Origin: Candidatus Onstottus frigus
GTDB taxonomy: Bacteria; Acidobacteriota; Blastocatellia; UBA7656
DNA length: 64,000 nt
Assembly: GCA_038040445.1 (NCBI GenBank)
Contig: JBBPIG010000007.1
Span: 74,310-138,309 of the forward strand
Direction: 5' to 3'
Part shown: piece after piece, positions 37,918-48,213 of the stretch
How positions within the stretch are numbered: position 1 is the stretch's first letter
How the letters are laid out: every line of letters begins with the position of its first letter
Position numbers and translations under genes: made by a program
The notes under the pieces: generated by a model
Databases searched by the model: none
What the model was told of the DNA's origin: nothing
What the model saw: only the letters and a program-made list of their open reading frames with translations

Positions 37918-38148
37918 ATGCTTATGGAAAACAGATCCGAATATGAAGGAAAGGTAGTGAATGGGGTCGTCGTCCTGGAGAACGGTGACTCTTTGCCAGA
38001 GGGCACCCGAGTGCGGGTTTTGACTGTGGAGCCGACCGGCGAGACGCTAGGTCAGCGGCTGCTTAAGTTCGCCGGGACCGCGAAAGGACTACCGAGCGAC
38101 ATGGCAGAGAATCACGATCACTACATTCACGGGCGCCCTAAGAAATGA
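37918..38148 (+). CDS. VapB-like antitoxin (small beta-rich DNA-binding protein)
   Basis: 76 aa, overlaps the downstream PIN gene by 4 nt; 'KVVNGVVVLENGDSLPEGTRVRV' is an AbrB/SpoVT-like swapped-hairpin-type segment. Confidence 0.5.
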   Translation: MLMENRSEYEGKVVNGVVVLENGDSLPEGTRVRVLTVEPTGETLGQRLLKFAGTAKGLPSDMAENHDHYIHGRPKK

Positions 38149-38546
38149 GAACGCTGTTCGCCGATACCTTCTATTACATCGCTCTGCTTAGCCCAACTGA
38201 CGCGGCGCATACTCGCGCTGTCGAATTCACAAGAACCTACAATGAGTTGATGGTCACGACAGCGTGGATCATCACTGAACTCGCCGATGGTATGGCTGAC
38301 GCCAGTAACCGCCAGGCTTTCACGAGTTTCTACGACGCACTGCGAGTCGATCCACAGGTTTCAGTAGTCCAACCGGAACAGGACATCTTCAATGAAGGAA
38401 TGGAACTATACCGCACCCGTCCCGATAAGGACTGGTCCCTCACCGATTGCATTTCGTTTGTTGTCATGCGACGGCAGGAGATCACTGAAGCGCTAACGGG
38501 CGACCACCACTTCGAACAAGCCGGGTTTAAAGCGCTGTTAAGGTAG
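38145..38546 (+). CDS. vapC: PIN-domain toxin (VapC-like)
   Basis: 'LFADTFYYIALL...D......TD.ISFVVMRR.EITEALTGDHHFEQAGF' carries the conserved PIN acidic residues in order (D, E, D, D). Confidence 0.8.
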   Translation: MRTLFADTFYYIALLSPTDAAHTRAVEFTRTYNELMVTTAWIITELADGMADASNRQAFTSFYDALRVDPQVSVVQPEQDIFNEGMELYRTRPDKDWSLTDCISFVVMRRQEITEALTGDHHFEQAGFKALLR

Positions 38547-38607
38547 ATCGAGCTCAATCACGTCGCAGGCGTGTGAGAGCGAGCAAGACTTCCGAGAGAG
38601 CAGATCT

Positions 38608-39015
38608 ATGCTGCACATTCACAACGGAGACTCCACCGCAGGAACATTGATGCGGTTTCCTTCGGTGAAGAACGGTCTGGGGCGCGTCGAGAACACGGCG
38701 TTGGAGATGATTTCAAACGGCGCGAGCGGATTCAAATCACTGTTCCCGAGATTCGGAAAGGCCGAGCCCGTCTACGGAATGGGAGATTCGCAGTTCTGGT
38801 GCGCGATGAAGCGCCTCGGTGAAGCCAAAGATCCGCTGATCACGTTAAGCGGACTCGGTGACGACCCACCATTCAAGTCGACTCGCTACTACGACGTTTC
38901 GTTTGAGCTGACTGAAACTGGACGAGCAGTGCTTGCGGGCGAGCGCGACTTCAGCGAGACCAACGGCATAGATCTTTGGTTAGGTGGCGTTCACGTCGTT
39001 GACGGCGCGGGGTAG
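38608..39015 (+). CDS. Hypothetical protein, possibly DUF1835-like (N-terminal 'MLHIHNGDSTAG')
   Basis: The N-terminal motif resembles DUF1835 starts; shorter than typical family members. Confidence 0.35.
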   Translation: MLHIHNGDSTAGTLMRFPSVKNGLGRVENTALEMISNGASGFKSLFPRFGKAEPVYGMGDSQFWCAMKRLGEAKDPLITLSGLGDDPPFKSTRYYDVSFELTETGRAVLAGERDFSETNGIDLWLGGVHVVDGAG

Positions 39016-39262
39016 AGATGGGATGAGCGCAACGGATTGACGCGACGCAGCGCCTAATAAAGCCGAAGAGACGAGGGAATGAAAAAGGATGAACAGCGCA
39101 TGCTCTTTCGAGCATCCTGTTCATCGGCTTTGCCTTAGAAACGCAATCTGCCTCAAAAAGAATTCGTTTGCCCCAAAAAGACTCTGGTGCCTTATCAAGG
39201 GGTGTTGCTGGTTTTGGTTGTCTGCTTGATGCGGGGAGTCCCGCGCGAGTAAGCTTCGCGGC

Positions 39263-40864
39263 ATGGGCCGTCGGGAGATCGCCACGCTTATTGGCAGCGG
39301 TGCTTTTGCGCTGGTTGTCAGTCTCATTGTCAGCGCATTTCAAGTTGCGGGAGTTATCAATATGACTCTCGCGCACCTATTGATAGCAGCGGCGTGGTCG
39401 GTCGCAATGATTGCGGTCTGGACATCGGAGAAGCTATCCAATAAGTCAAGACGACATACTAGGGTGGTTGTCTTAGTGACCGGGCTCGTTTTGGCGGTTC
39501 TCTTGGTTGGTGTTGACCGATGGATGGTTAAGGAGAAGGCCGCACAGGACGCTAATGCGGCGGCTACGAATACATCTCCATCGGAAACACACACCGATTC
39601 AACGGCCAAACCGCCGACTTCAGTACCTGAGCCTAAGCCCTCGGCAGCGGATGCAAGTGACCCGCTAGACCTGGAACCGGTCTACAAAGCGCCGAAAGTC
39701 GAAGTGCCGCGAATAACGGACCCGCCGCGTTCACCGTTTAAAGAGACTCTACCTCATATCGTTGAGGGAGACTTTCCCCAAGAGGTCCTGAAAGCCACTA
39801 AACCTGTCTTGGTGTTCTTTTGTGCAGAACCGTATGAATCGTGTGATCAGACGGCCCCGGCTGTTCTAGCAGCCGTTGGCGACCAACGGGATAAGATCAA
39901 ACTCGTGGCGCTCGACGTGCGGATCAACAGAGTAGTGTCTACCCAGTACGGTGCAACGTTCTCCACTATTCCACTCCTCATGATCTTCAAAGACGGCAAA
40001 CCGGTTGGTCAGTTCTTCGGGGCAGCATCAAAGCAAACCGTAACTCGCCTCATTGAAAAACCTGAGGACTTCAAGATTCAGTCAAGTCAGGCAAGAGAGA
40101 AGGAACCCTCGCAGAAGGATAAGGATCCATTAGTGACAATACCAACCGTCCCAGAAAGTGATTTTGACGATGAGGTGCTCAAGTCTTCAATCCCTGTCCT
40201 TGTGTACTTTCACGCGAGTTTCCAAGACGCATGTAAGGTAGTGTCCCCGTTGGTCGCGCAAATAGCAGAGAGCTACAAGGGTAAAATCAAAGTGCTACAG
40301 ATTGATTCCAGCATTCATCGAAATATCTCTAGCAAATACAACGCAGGCCCTCTTAGCGCTCCCGTGCTTATTTTGTTCAAGGATGGTGCAGCGCGTGGCC
40401 GAATCAAGGGCACCACGTCAATGCAAACTATTGCTCGTTTAATCGAGCGGCCCGAAGATTTCAAGATTGAGGTTGCTGAAGATCGAAGACGAGTAGAGCC
40501 AGAGCCTCCATCTCGCGTGTCCGTGATCCTAGCTGCAATACCTGATGTCCTAGAAAGCGACTTCGACTCAGAAGTCAAATCTGCTATTCCGACTTTGGTT
40601 TATTTCTATGACGACGACGATAGAGTTTGCAAACTTATGGCCCCAACTGTTGTGGAGATAGCAGGACTGTATAAGGGCAGAATCCGAGTTCTAAGACTGG
40701 ATGCGTCTATCAACCAAAGTACTCATTACAGGTATCGAGCGGGCGGTTCCTGGGGTCCTGGTCTGCTTCTCTTCAGGGGCGGAAAAGTGAAGGACCGTAA
40801 GGATGGCGCATTCTCCAGAGCTGCTATCGTCAACATGATTGATAAGGTCCTTGCAGCAAAATAG
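39263..40864 (+). CDS. Membrane-anchored protein with three tandem thioredoxin-fold repeats lacking a canonical CxxC
   Basis: N-terminal TMs, S/T/P linker, then three ~140-aa repeats each with 'KPVLVFF / IPVLVYF / IPTLVYF ... C...VV... IK(V)..LD...N......Y...S.P.L..F+DG ... RLIE+PEDFKI'. The CGPC position is replaced by 'CAEPYESCD', 'FHASFQDACK' and 'YDDDDRVCK'. Confidence 0.6.
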   Translation: MGRREIATLIGSGAFALVVSLIVSAFQVAGVINMTLAHLLIAAAWSVAMIAVWTSEKLSNKSRRHTRVVVLVTGLVLAVLLVGVDRWMVKEKAAQDANAAATNTSPSETHTDSTAKPPTSVPEPKPSAADASDPLDLEPVYKAPKVEVPRITDPPRSPFKETLPHIVEGDFPQEVLKATKPVLVFFCAEPYESCDQTAPAVLAAVGDQRDKIKLVALDVRINRVVSTQYGATFSTIPLLMIFKDGKPVGQFFGAASKQTVTRLIEKPEDFKIQSSQAREKEPSQKDKDPLVTIPTVPESDFDDEVLKSSIPVLVYFHASFQDACKVVSPLVAQIAESYKGKIKVLQIDSSIHRNISSKYNAGPLSAPVLILFKDGAARGRIKGTTSMQTIARLIERPEDFKIEVAEDRRRVEPEPPSRVSVILAAIPDVLESDFDSEVKSAIPTLVYFYDDDDRVCKLMAPTVVEIAGLYKGRIRVLRLDASINQSTHYRYRAGGSWGPGLLLFRGGKVKDRKDGAFSRAAIVNMIDKVLAAK

Positions 40865-40917
40865 TGCACGGAAATTATGATGCGGCGGTTAGCTTCTTGT
40901 ATTCAAGATTCGAGTTC

Positions 40918-41994
40918 CTAGCTTGAACGCTTCGCGAAGGCAGGGTGCGTCTTTTCGAAAATCACGTCAAACTTCAAGGGTGCTGGAGTCCTTTTCCTTG
41001 TACGTCGAGCATCCTCCCAAGCGGACAACGCGGCTTCGAGTGAATGGACTTGAGCCGATGTTACTGGCGACCCATAGAGCGAAGCAATCAATGCAGTCCG
41101 TGCGCTAGTGGCGGGAGCCTTGCCGCCGTTCTCCCATCCCTCGATTGCGGCGGTCTTCGCCTTATTCGCCTCCCTGTTGTTCGCGCAGAGGCCGGACGCC
41201 ACGAGACGAGGGACCATGCGAAGGATGCTGCCGAGTTGGTCGGCTTGTTTGAGAGCGTGCGCAACCGAATTCGACTTACGGCAAAGAGCCTGTAGCGCAC
41301 GAACGCTGCGCACCCCCTTGCGAACAAACGAAACAGCCACAGCAACGAGTCGGGTACTTACTCCGCTTCGAATAAAGACTGGCCGGCCTTTTCGCAAGAC
41401 AGGCTCGTTCGTTCCCGGCTTCAACTTCGCGCGCTTCGTTATTGCACAGATCATTTCTTCGGCTATCTTGTCATCTGCCCAGAAGGAATCCGCGTCGAAA
41501 CTGGCGCCTTGGGAGTCACGCTCGATCTGGAGGCGCTGAGAATACCACTTCGATACAATGCCAAACATTCCCTGGAAGTACTCGCTTCCGATTTCAGGAG
41601 GTCCGCACTCGACAAAAACAATCATCGCGTCGCGCTTTTTCTTTCGGGCTTGTTCGTGGCGTTTCTCGCGCGCTCGGGTGCTGGCAATTTCTGCCGCGCT
41701 GCGGCACGTATTGCTAGCGACGTGTTGATTGTAGTGACTCCCGATTGCTCTAAGGCCGCAACGCTCACAGGTACCGTATGCTGGATTCTCGGGGCAGACA
41801 TCTCTGAGGTGTTCTTGATAGTCGAATACTGGCACGAGTTCGCCACAGTATTCGCAGTCACGGTAGCGGGGGATGTTAGATTGTCCAGTTGGTTCACTCG
41901 CCTGTTCCTCATCAGGCGGTCTTGATACCCGTGAGGGGTCCATTCCAGTCTTCGTTCTAAACACCATCGCGAACTTTGATGCGCGCTTGTTCAC
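40918..41994 (-). CDS. Hypothetical cysteine-rich protein (N-terminal zinc-ribbon-like motifs), in lower-GC islet
   Basis: 358 aa; 'CEYCGELVP...CPENPAYGTCERCG...HYNQHVASNTC'. No known family recognised. Confidence 0.45.
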   Translation of the reverse strand: MNKRASKFAMVFRTKTGMDPSRVSRPPDEEQASEPTGQSNIPRYRDCEYCGELVPVFDYQEHLRDVCPENPAYGTCERCGLRAIGSHYNQHVASNTCRSAAEIASTRAREKRHEQARKKKRDAMIVFVECGPPEIGSEYFQGMFGIVSKWYSQRLQIERDSQGASFDADSFWADDKIAEEMICAITKRAKLKPGTNEPVLRKGRPVFIRSGVSTRLVAVAVSFVRKGVRSVRALQALCRKSNSVAHALKQADQLGSILRMVPRLVASGLCANNREANKAKTAAIEGWENGGKAPATSARTALIASLYGSPVTSAQVHSLEAALSAWEDARRTRKRTPAPLKFDVIFEKTHPAFAKRSS

Positions 41995-42092
41995 GGATAC
42001 CTCCGAACTTATTTATATCGCTTGCTCTGAGCCGTTCACAAGCAGACAATGACAGACGAAATCGGCTCGCCTAACGTCGGCCTAATTACCCG

Positions 42093-42878
42093 ATGAACAG
42101 CCGCGCAATCTCTACGCGGTTGGCGAGTCGAAATGAACTAGAGACTTGCCGCCGAAGAGAGGGCGAGACGATGCGAATTAGAAGTCCGCTTGAATTTGCC
42201 AATGGACACGCATGCCTAAAGATTCAGCAGGCCGATCGCTTGGAGGACGAGCGATTATCAGATTTGGTCGCGCTCGGCATGCCTACAGACGGTCAGGTCC
42301 GGCTCACAATAAAGGGCGAGTTTTTTGATCCTGCCTTCGCCGGCTATACGCTAGAGCTTTATGGGTTTTGGCCTGAAGACTTGGAGCCGAATCGGCGTGA
42401 TCAGAGAATTGGGGCTCCCGATCATACGCTTGTCAATTACCCATCAGAGGCGAGCGGGTACATCTTCAAGGCGTGTTATTACTTCTGGCTACAGAGAGTA
42501 AGGTATGGGAACGAGACAGTACGCGAGTTAAGCTGGCATCCTGACGTGCGCGACTACCTATCCATTAAGCGCAACGTGTGGGTCAAGTATTCAGAACCTG
42601 CACGGGCTCTGCTACGCCACGTACAGCAGCGCGGACGGCGCGAAGGGACCGGCTACTTCAAGAGCGATGCGAGTTTCATCAACGCACTTAGCGAGGTGCT
42701 AAGAGATCAAGACCGGAGACTGTCCGAATCGAAGGGCCTGTACTTCTTATCACGAAATCAATTTTGGCAAGCAAAGCCCCTAACGATGAGGGAAAGCCAA
42801 GCCAGAACGAAAACGTTGAGGAACTGGCTTACACGATGTGGCCTCACTTGGGATCAGGCAAAAGGCAAGTATTGCTAG
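42093..42878 (+). CDS. Hypothetical protein, tandem paralog A
   Basis: 261 aa; C-terminal 'GTGYFKSDASFINALSEVL...NWLTRCGLTWDQAKGKY' parallels paralog B. Confidence 0.45.
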   Translation: MNSRAISTRLASRNELETCRRREGETMRIRSPLEFANGHACLKIQQADRLEDERLSDLVALGMPTDGQVRLTIKGEFFDPAFAGYTLELYGFWPEDLEPNRRDQRIGAPDHTLVNYPSEASGYIFKACYYFWLQRVRYGNETVRELSWHPDVRDYLSIKRNVWVKYSEPARALLRHVQQRGRREGTGYFKSDASFINALSEVLRDQDRRLSESKGLYFLSRNQFWQAKPLTMRESQARTKTLRNWLTRCGLTWDQAKGKYC

Positions 42879-42891
42879 GGCGAACTAACAA

Positions 42892-43689
42892 TTGAAAGGC
42901 ATAAGCGCTGAAATTCCGGCTCCGCATTGGAAGGGAGACCTTAAAGAATATCTCCAATGGCTAGCACCAAGGGATCAGCGTCTTGTTAGGACGCTCAAAA
43001 CCTCAGGCTTACCGTCGAAGGGTGAGTGTAGCCTAACAGCAACGCCGGGAGAGAACTACGGAATCCGCTATAAGGACTTCGCGGTCAACAGTCTCTCGGT
43101 GTTGTTGGGCAATCGGGATGACTTCGACCTGAACAAGATGGGGGGCATGTTCTGTGTTTCGGGTTCGGGCTCGGAAGGCTGGAGAATCTGGAGAGTGTGG
43201 CTACTCGAAGTTGCACATAACGATCCGCAGCGAGGCTCGTGTATTCGTTATCTCTGGGATCGGGCCAGCAACGGCTCACGCATTAGCATCGAGCATATTA
43301 ACGACGACTTAGCTAGGTCAGAGCGCAAACAACTCGGACGAACTAGCGTCGTTACCCAGTTGAAACAGCTCGTATCCGGCCTTGAAATCATCTCGATGGA
43401 AGAAGCCAAATCGAAGCTTTCGGGTCGGCCGGAAGGAACCGGTTGGTTCAAAAGCCTTAAGGATTTTCGTATCGCTCTAAAGGAGGTATTGGCAGCGCAG
43501 AATAGCCGCCCGACTCAGTTGAACGTACTGAAACTTCTTGACAATCACCGTTTCTGTCAAATAAAAGCTCGAAAGCCACGCAATCAAAGTCATACCAAAT
43601 TACTGAGACATTGGCTTCATAAGGCTAAGATCAAAAGCTACAACAAAGCTCTGCAAATGTACTGGAAGCCATCGAAAAGCGGAAAATAA
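42892..43689 (+). CDS. Hypothetical protein, tandem paralog B
   Basis: 265 aa; C-terminal 'GTGWFKSLKDFRIALKEVL...HWLHKAKIKSYNKALQMY'. Confidence 0.45.
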   Translation: MKGISAEIPAPHWKGDLKEYLQWLAPRDQRLVRTLKTSGLPSKGECSLTATPGENYGIRYKDFAVNSLSVLLGNRDDFDLNKMGGMFCVSGSGSEGWRIWRVWLLEVAHNDPQRGSCIRYLWDRASNGSRISIEHINDDLARSERKQLGRTSVVTQLKQLVSGLEIISMEEAKSKLSGRPEGTGWFKSLKDFRIALKEVLAAQNSRPTQLNVLKLLDNHRFCQIKARKPRNQSHTKLLRHWLHKAKIKSYNKALQMYWKPSKSGK

Positions 43690-44356
43690 TTCAACCGCCG
43701 TTTCTTCCTGCGGAAAATAAGTCATACCGAGTTTCTTCCCTATATCGTGAACCGCCCGAACGTGCTGTAATCGGATCGTTGAAGGTTTCGTTTGTGCTGC
43801 CAACTAGTGTAATCGAGCCTAAGAATTTTTTCACGAAGCAGAGCCGGTGAGCATATCGGAGTTCGCCCGATTGTTCGCCGGCTCTTGCTATTTCTGGAGG
43901 GTTGCCTATGAAAGCAAAACGACCCCGGTAGTTCGTAGCTACCAGGGCCGTTGAAAACCAAATTTCTTATTAGCTGGCTTGCGAGCCAGCCTGCATTGTA
44001 ATCCCACCGAGGCCGGTTCGCAACCAAAATTTTTCACCTTCGAACTGAGCCTGCCATTTCTTGGCGGGTAGGGAGACCTATGCAGAAAACGAAGAGACGC
44101 GGCCAAGGCCGCAGACCAGTGCGGGCATCGCCCCGCATTCTCACTCGAAACGGACAGCGCAAGACTCGATTGAACTGCGCGGTTCGATGCTTCTAGTGAA
44201 GTCAGCTAGCAGCGGGCCGGGGAGCCAACGATTCTCCCCGCGCCCGCGCGATTGCTACGGCTATGCGTCATTCTGGCGATCATACCACCCTTGCATGCCG
44301 CCGAGCGTTATAGTACGTATCCACTTCGGGCTATGACTTAATTTCACTATTTCAAC

Positions 44357-45079
44357 GTGCGCAGACATTCTCAATCCTCTCTGATAAAGCATGGAACGGC
44401 CATCGTGATCCTTCGAACCGCGAACGATATTATTGTAGGTGCCGATAGCAAAGTTAATTATGCCGTAGCAACCGGGAATGTTGAGACGACGTGCAAGATA
44501 TTCCAGGTGGGGCGGGTTTTTGTCGCCTCCGCTGGAATGATAGAGAGCGCGGAATTCGAATATGACGCGCGGACAATCGCTACTGCCGCGATCCAACAAG
44601 GTAGCAGGATTCTTGAAATGATGGATCGGTACCAAGATGCCATCTCTCAACCGCTGCTAGAGGCCGCCGGCTCCTTGCACGATCAGAATCCAGCCTTATA
44701 CCAAAGCATGATCGGCGATGGAGAAGTTCTCGATACGGCCTTCTTTGGAATCGAGAATGACGTTCCTGCTCTAATCTACAGTCAGTTTGAAATTACATTC
44801 TCGCCCGACCGAGACGTTATGAAAGTTGTGCCCGGAATCCTGGGGGTAGATCACTACTTGTTGTGGGGACATCCCCGGCCACTAAAGAAGTTTCTTGATA
44901 GCCATCACGGCTACTTCGATGAGGTCGGAGACGTGAATGCGATTAGGAACCTCATTCAAATTGCAATTGACGATAAGCCCGGTAAGGTCGGGAAGCCCAT
45001 TGTAATTATCCGCGTCAATACAGAGGGCGCAGAATGGGTCATAGAATCTCCGTGTTGTCCTCCAATAGAACCATACTAG
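44357..45079 (+). CDS. Hypothetical protein with possible proteasome-beta/HslV-like Ntn-hydrolase fold (Anbu-like size)
   Basis: 240 aa; 'HGTAIVILRTANDIIVGADSKVNYA...CKIFQVGRVFVASAGMIESAEF' resembles the T-T-I-V...G.V.A.D.R...K.h...h.aG..aD pattern after a short propeptide. Inference only. Confidence 0.3.
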   Translation: MRRHSQSSLIKHGTAIVILRTANDIIVGADSKVNYAVATGNVETTCKIFQVGRVFVASAGMIESAEFEYDARTIATAAIQQGSRILEMMDRYQDAISQPLLEAAGSLHDQNPALYQSMIGDGEVLDTAFFGIENDVPALIYSQFEITFSPDRDVMKVVPGILGVDHYLLWGHPRPLKKFLDSHHGYFDEVGDVNAIRNLIQIAIDDKPGKVGKPIVIIRVNTEGAEWVIESPCCPPIEPY

Positions 45080-45182
45080 GATTTTGGGGCAGAACTCGCG
45101 CTTGCCTCGTAAATGGGGCCATAATCGGCTTTTCAAGGCAAAGCCCTGTTCATCCTTTTCTTCTTTATCGGAATCCGTCTGA

Positions 45183-47429
45183 TTATCGTCGCGGACCGCG
45201 AGGCGGACGCCGGTCGCGGTCACCGCCGGGTCGCGGCGGGCGCGGACCCCGATCATCCCGTGGACGATCATCCCGAGGCGGACGATCTCCGCCGCCGTCG
45301 CGATCAGAGTCAGGCTGGCGCTCTTCTTCACCTGTTTCGCCGCGCTCATCTCTCAGCACTGCCTTGCGTGATAATCGTATCTTGCCCGATGGATCGACGT
45401 TGATCACTTTCACCAGCAACTGCTGGCCTTCTGTAAGCTCGTCGCGAACGTTCTGCACTCTGTAATCAGCAATCTCGGAGACATGCAACAAGCCGTCGGT
45501 GCCCGGCATGATCTCGACAAACGCCCCAAAGTCTGCGATGCGCTGGACTGTGCCCAAATAAGTTTTGTTCACCTCGGGGACAGCGGTGATCTCTTCGATC
45601 AAGCGCTTGCAAGCCTCGGCTTTCTCGAGATTGGCCGAGGCAATGTTGATGCGACCAGTGTCTTCAACGTCGATCTTGCAGCCGGTTTTTTCGACCAGGC
45701 CGCGAATTATCTTACCGCCCGGCCCAATGACCTCGCGAATCTTGTCGATCGGAATCTGAACCGTAAGGATTCGCGGAGCATACTTGCTGATTTCAGCGCG
45801 CGGCTCCGCAATGGCCGCATCCATCTTTTCCAGAATGTAGAGACGCCCATCCTTCGCCTGCTGCAAGGCGTCGGCGAGAATCTGAGCGTTTATGCCCGTG
45901 ACTTTGATATCCATCTGCAGCGCTGTGATACCCGTGCGCGTTCCCGTGACCTTGAAGTCCATGTCGCCGTAGTGATCTTCAGCGCCGGCGATGTCGGTCA
46001 AAATCGCGTATTTGTTGCCTTCCATCACCAGTCCCATCGCAACGCCGGCGACTGGAGCTTTCAGCGGGACGCCTGCATCCATCAACGCAAGCGAGCCTCC
46101 GCACACCGATGCCATCGAGCTGGAACCATTCGATTCGGTGATATCGGAAACAACGCGCGTGATATAGGGCCAGTCTGCTTCCGCGGGAAGCAGCGGCTCG
46201 AGCGCCCTGCGAGCAAGCGCGCCGTGGCCGTACTCGCGGCGACTTGTCGAGCCCGTGCGGCCAGTCTCGCCAACTGAGAAATGCGGAAAGTTATAGGCAA
46301 GCAGGAAACGGCGCTTGATCTCGCCTTTTTCCAAGTCGTCCATATACTGGACGTCTTCGCTGGTGCCCAAGGTGGCGGTGACGATTGCCTGAGTCTCACC
46401 GCGGGTGAACAACGCCGAACCGTGCGCACGTGGGAGCCAACCGACCTCGATCGAGATCGGCCGGATCTGGTTGAACCGGCGGCCGTCAGGACGATGACGA
46501 CGATTCAGAATGTCCTCGCGGAAAATCTTCTCCTTCAAATGATCGAAGATCTTTCCGGCCATCTTTCGTTTGTCCGGCTCCTCCTCGGGATAAGCCGAAA
46601 CGGTTTCGTCTTTCAGTTTGTCAACCAGCGTATAGCTTTCAAGCTTGCCGTGTTTTGTTGTGTCGAGCGCATCGCGCAAGCCGTCAGTGATTCGGGTTTC
46701 GATCTCCGACAGCATCGCTTGATCGAGTTCGGGCTTAACAACTTCGCGCTTGACGATGCCGAGCTTCTGATACATTTCTCTCTGAAGCCGGCACAGCTTC
46801 TTTATTTCGTTGTGGCCGAACATCAGCGCTTCGACCATCACGTCTTCGGCGACTTCGCTCGCGCCCGCTTCCACCATCACGATCGCCTCTTCGGACCCCG
46901 CGACGATCAGATTCAACGGTGAAGCACGTGTTTGATCGTAGGTGGGATTGACTATGAAACGATCCTCGATCAGCCCCACGCGAACGCCGGCGATTGGTGT
47001 CTCGAGCGGGATGTCCGAAAGGTAAAGCGCGGCTGACGCTCCGGTTATCGCAAGGACGTCGGAGTCGTAGTTCTCATCGGCCGAAAGCACGAAGGCTATC
47101 ACCTGTGTTTCGCTGTTGTATCCCTTGGTGAACAATGGCCGGATCGGCCGGTCGATTAGCCTCGAAGTCAGCGTCTCTTTCTCGGACGGACGACCTTCGC
47201 GTCTAAAGTAGTTGCCGGGAATGCGCCCGGCCGCGTAACCGTACTCGCGGTATTCAACCGTGAGCGGGAAAAAATTTATGCCCTCGCGGGGCTTCGTGCC
47301 GACCACGGCTACCAGAACCACTGTGTCTCCATAACGAACTATCACAGCGCCATCGGCCTGCTTGGCGACTTTGCCGGTCTCAATCGAAAACTCTACTCCC
47401 CCTAGCTGAACTGATTGCTTCAACTCCAT
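45183..47429 (-). CDS. pnp: Polyribonucleotide nucleotidyltransferase (PNPase) with an R/D/P-rich C-terminal extension
   Basis: 'MELKQSVQLGGVEFSIETGKVAKQADGAV...' plus RNase PH, KH and S1 domains in order. GGAGAG RBS. The ORF track's longer N-terminus (to 47642) lacks an RBS and reads through the leader. Confidence 0.95.
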   Translation of the reverse strand: MELKQSVQLGGVEFSIETGKVAKQADGAVIVRYGDTVVLVAVVGTKPREGINFFPLTVEYREYGYAAGRIPGNYFRREGRPSEKETLTSRLIDRPIRPLFTKGYNSETQVIAFVLSADENYDSDVLAITGASAALYLSDIPLETPIAGVRVGLIEDRFIVNPTYDQTRASPLNLIVAGSEEAIVMVEAGASEVAEDVMVEALMFGHNEIKKLCRLQREMYQKLGIVKREVVKPELDQAMLSEIETRITDGLRDALDTTKHGKLESYTLVDKLKDETVSAYPEEEPDKRKMAGKIFDHLKEKIFREDILNRRHRPDGRRFNQIRPISIEVGWLPRAHGSALFTRGETQAIVTATLGTSEDVQYMDDLEKGEIKRRFLLAYNFPHFSVGETGRTGSTSRREYGHGALARRALEPLLPAEADWPYITRVVSDITESNGSSSMASVCGGSLALMDAGVPLKAPVAGVAMGLVMEGNKYAILTDIAGAEDHYGDMDFKVTGTRTGITALQMDIKVTGINAQILADALQQAKDGRLYILEKMDAAIAEPRAEISKYAPRILTVQIPIDKIREVIGPGGKIIRGLVEKTGCKIDVEDTGRINIASANLEKAEACKRLIEEITAVPEVNKTYLGTVQRIADFGAFVEIMPGTDGLLHVSEIADYRVQNVRDELTEGQQLLVKVINVDPSGKIRLSRKAVLRDERGETGEEERQPDSDRDGGGDRPPRDDRPRDDRGPRPPRPGGDRDRRPPRGPRR

Positions 47430-47819
47430 ATCTGTCTCCCTTCTCTCCGCTGCGCGCCTCTCCGCTTTTGATCTGAGAGCCACAGCCTGCGTGCGTACCG
47501 CATGCGGCTCAGTTTTGTAGCGCGCTGTTGCAGTAACTGAAATTTCCGGCTTGCAGTCTACGTTCTGCAAGCAAAGTGTTGCTGTGAAAAGCAACAAGGC
47601 CACGGTGAGCGGCAAAGCCTGCCGGCTCGCTCCCGTGGCCATCGATGAACTGAATTGTCTGAACTGTACGTGGCGCGTCCGGTTTCCATCGCCTGGTCTT
47701 TTGCCGCCAGGACTTCACACCTAATCGAGTTATTTCTTGGTTGCGCGCCAGAGAACCGACAACTGACCGGACCGCTCGAAACGGCTGCACTCGGTTCCGG
47801 CCTTTCGCTGAGGTGATCT

Positions 47820-48089
47820 CTATTTTCTTATACCCAGACGGTTGATGACTTCTCGGTAACGGTCGGCGTTCTTACGCCTCAGATAATCCAACAAGCGCCG
47901 CCGCTGGCTGACCATCTTCAACAGACCTCGCCTCGAATGATTGTCTTTGACGTGAGCTTTGAAGTGCTCCATGAGGCCGTTGATACGCTGCGTAAGCAGG
48001 GCAACCTGAACTTCAGGCGAGCCGGTGTCAGTAGGGTGCGTCTTGTATTGACCGATCACTTCGGTCTTAGCTTCCTTAGCCAAAGCCAC
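47820..48089 (-). CDS. rpsO: 30S ribosomal protein S15
   Basis: 89 aa; '[49 protein letters not shown]' is the canonical S15 sequence. Lies upstream of pnp as in the conserved rpsO-pnp operon. Confidence 0.95.
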   Translation of the reverse strand: MALAKEAKTEVIGQYKTHPTDTGSPEVQVALLTQRINGLMEHFKAHVKDNHSRRGLLKMVSQRRRLLDYLRRKNADRYREVINRLGIRK

Positions 48090-48213
48090 TGTAACTCTTT
48101 CTCCTCTACAAGCTAGAAATCTTCGTTCTCATTGAACTGCCAAAAGTTATCACACGCGGAGCAACGGTGTAAAGTCCAACACGGACGACGGCACTTCCTT
48201 GAAAAATGTCGAT

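Noticed and set aside
47430-47642. N-terminal 71-aa extension of the pnp ORF suggested by the track
   Set aside because: The extension is hydrophobic and low-complexity, reads through the rpsO-pnp leader hairpins, and the internal 'MELKQS' start has a GGAGAG RBS and matches canonical PNPase N-termini.
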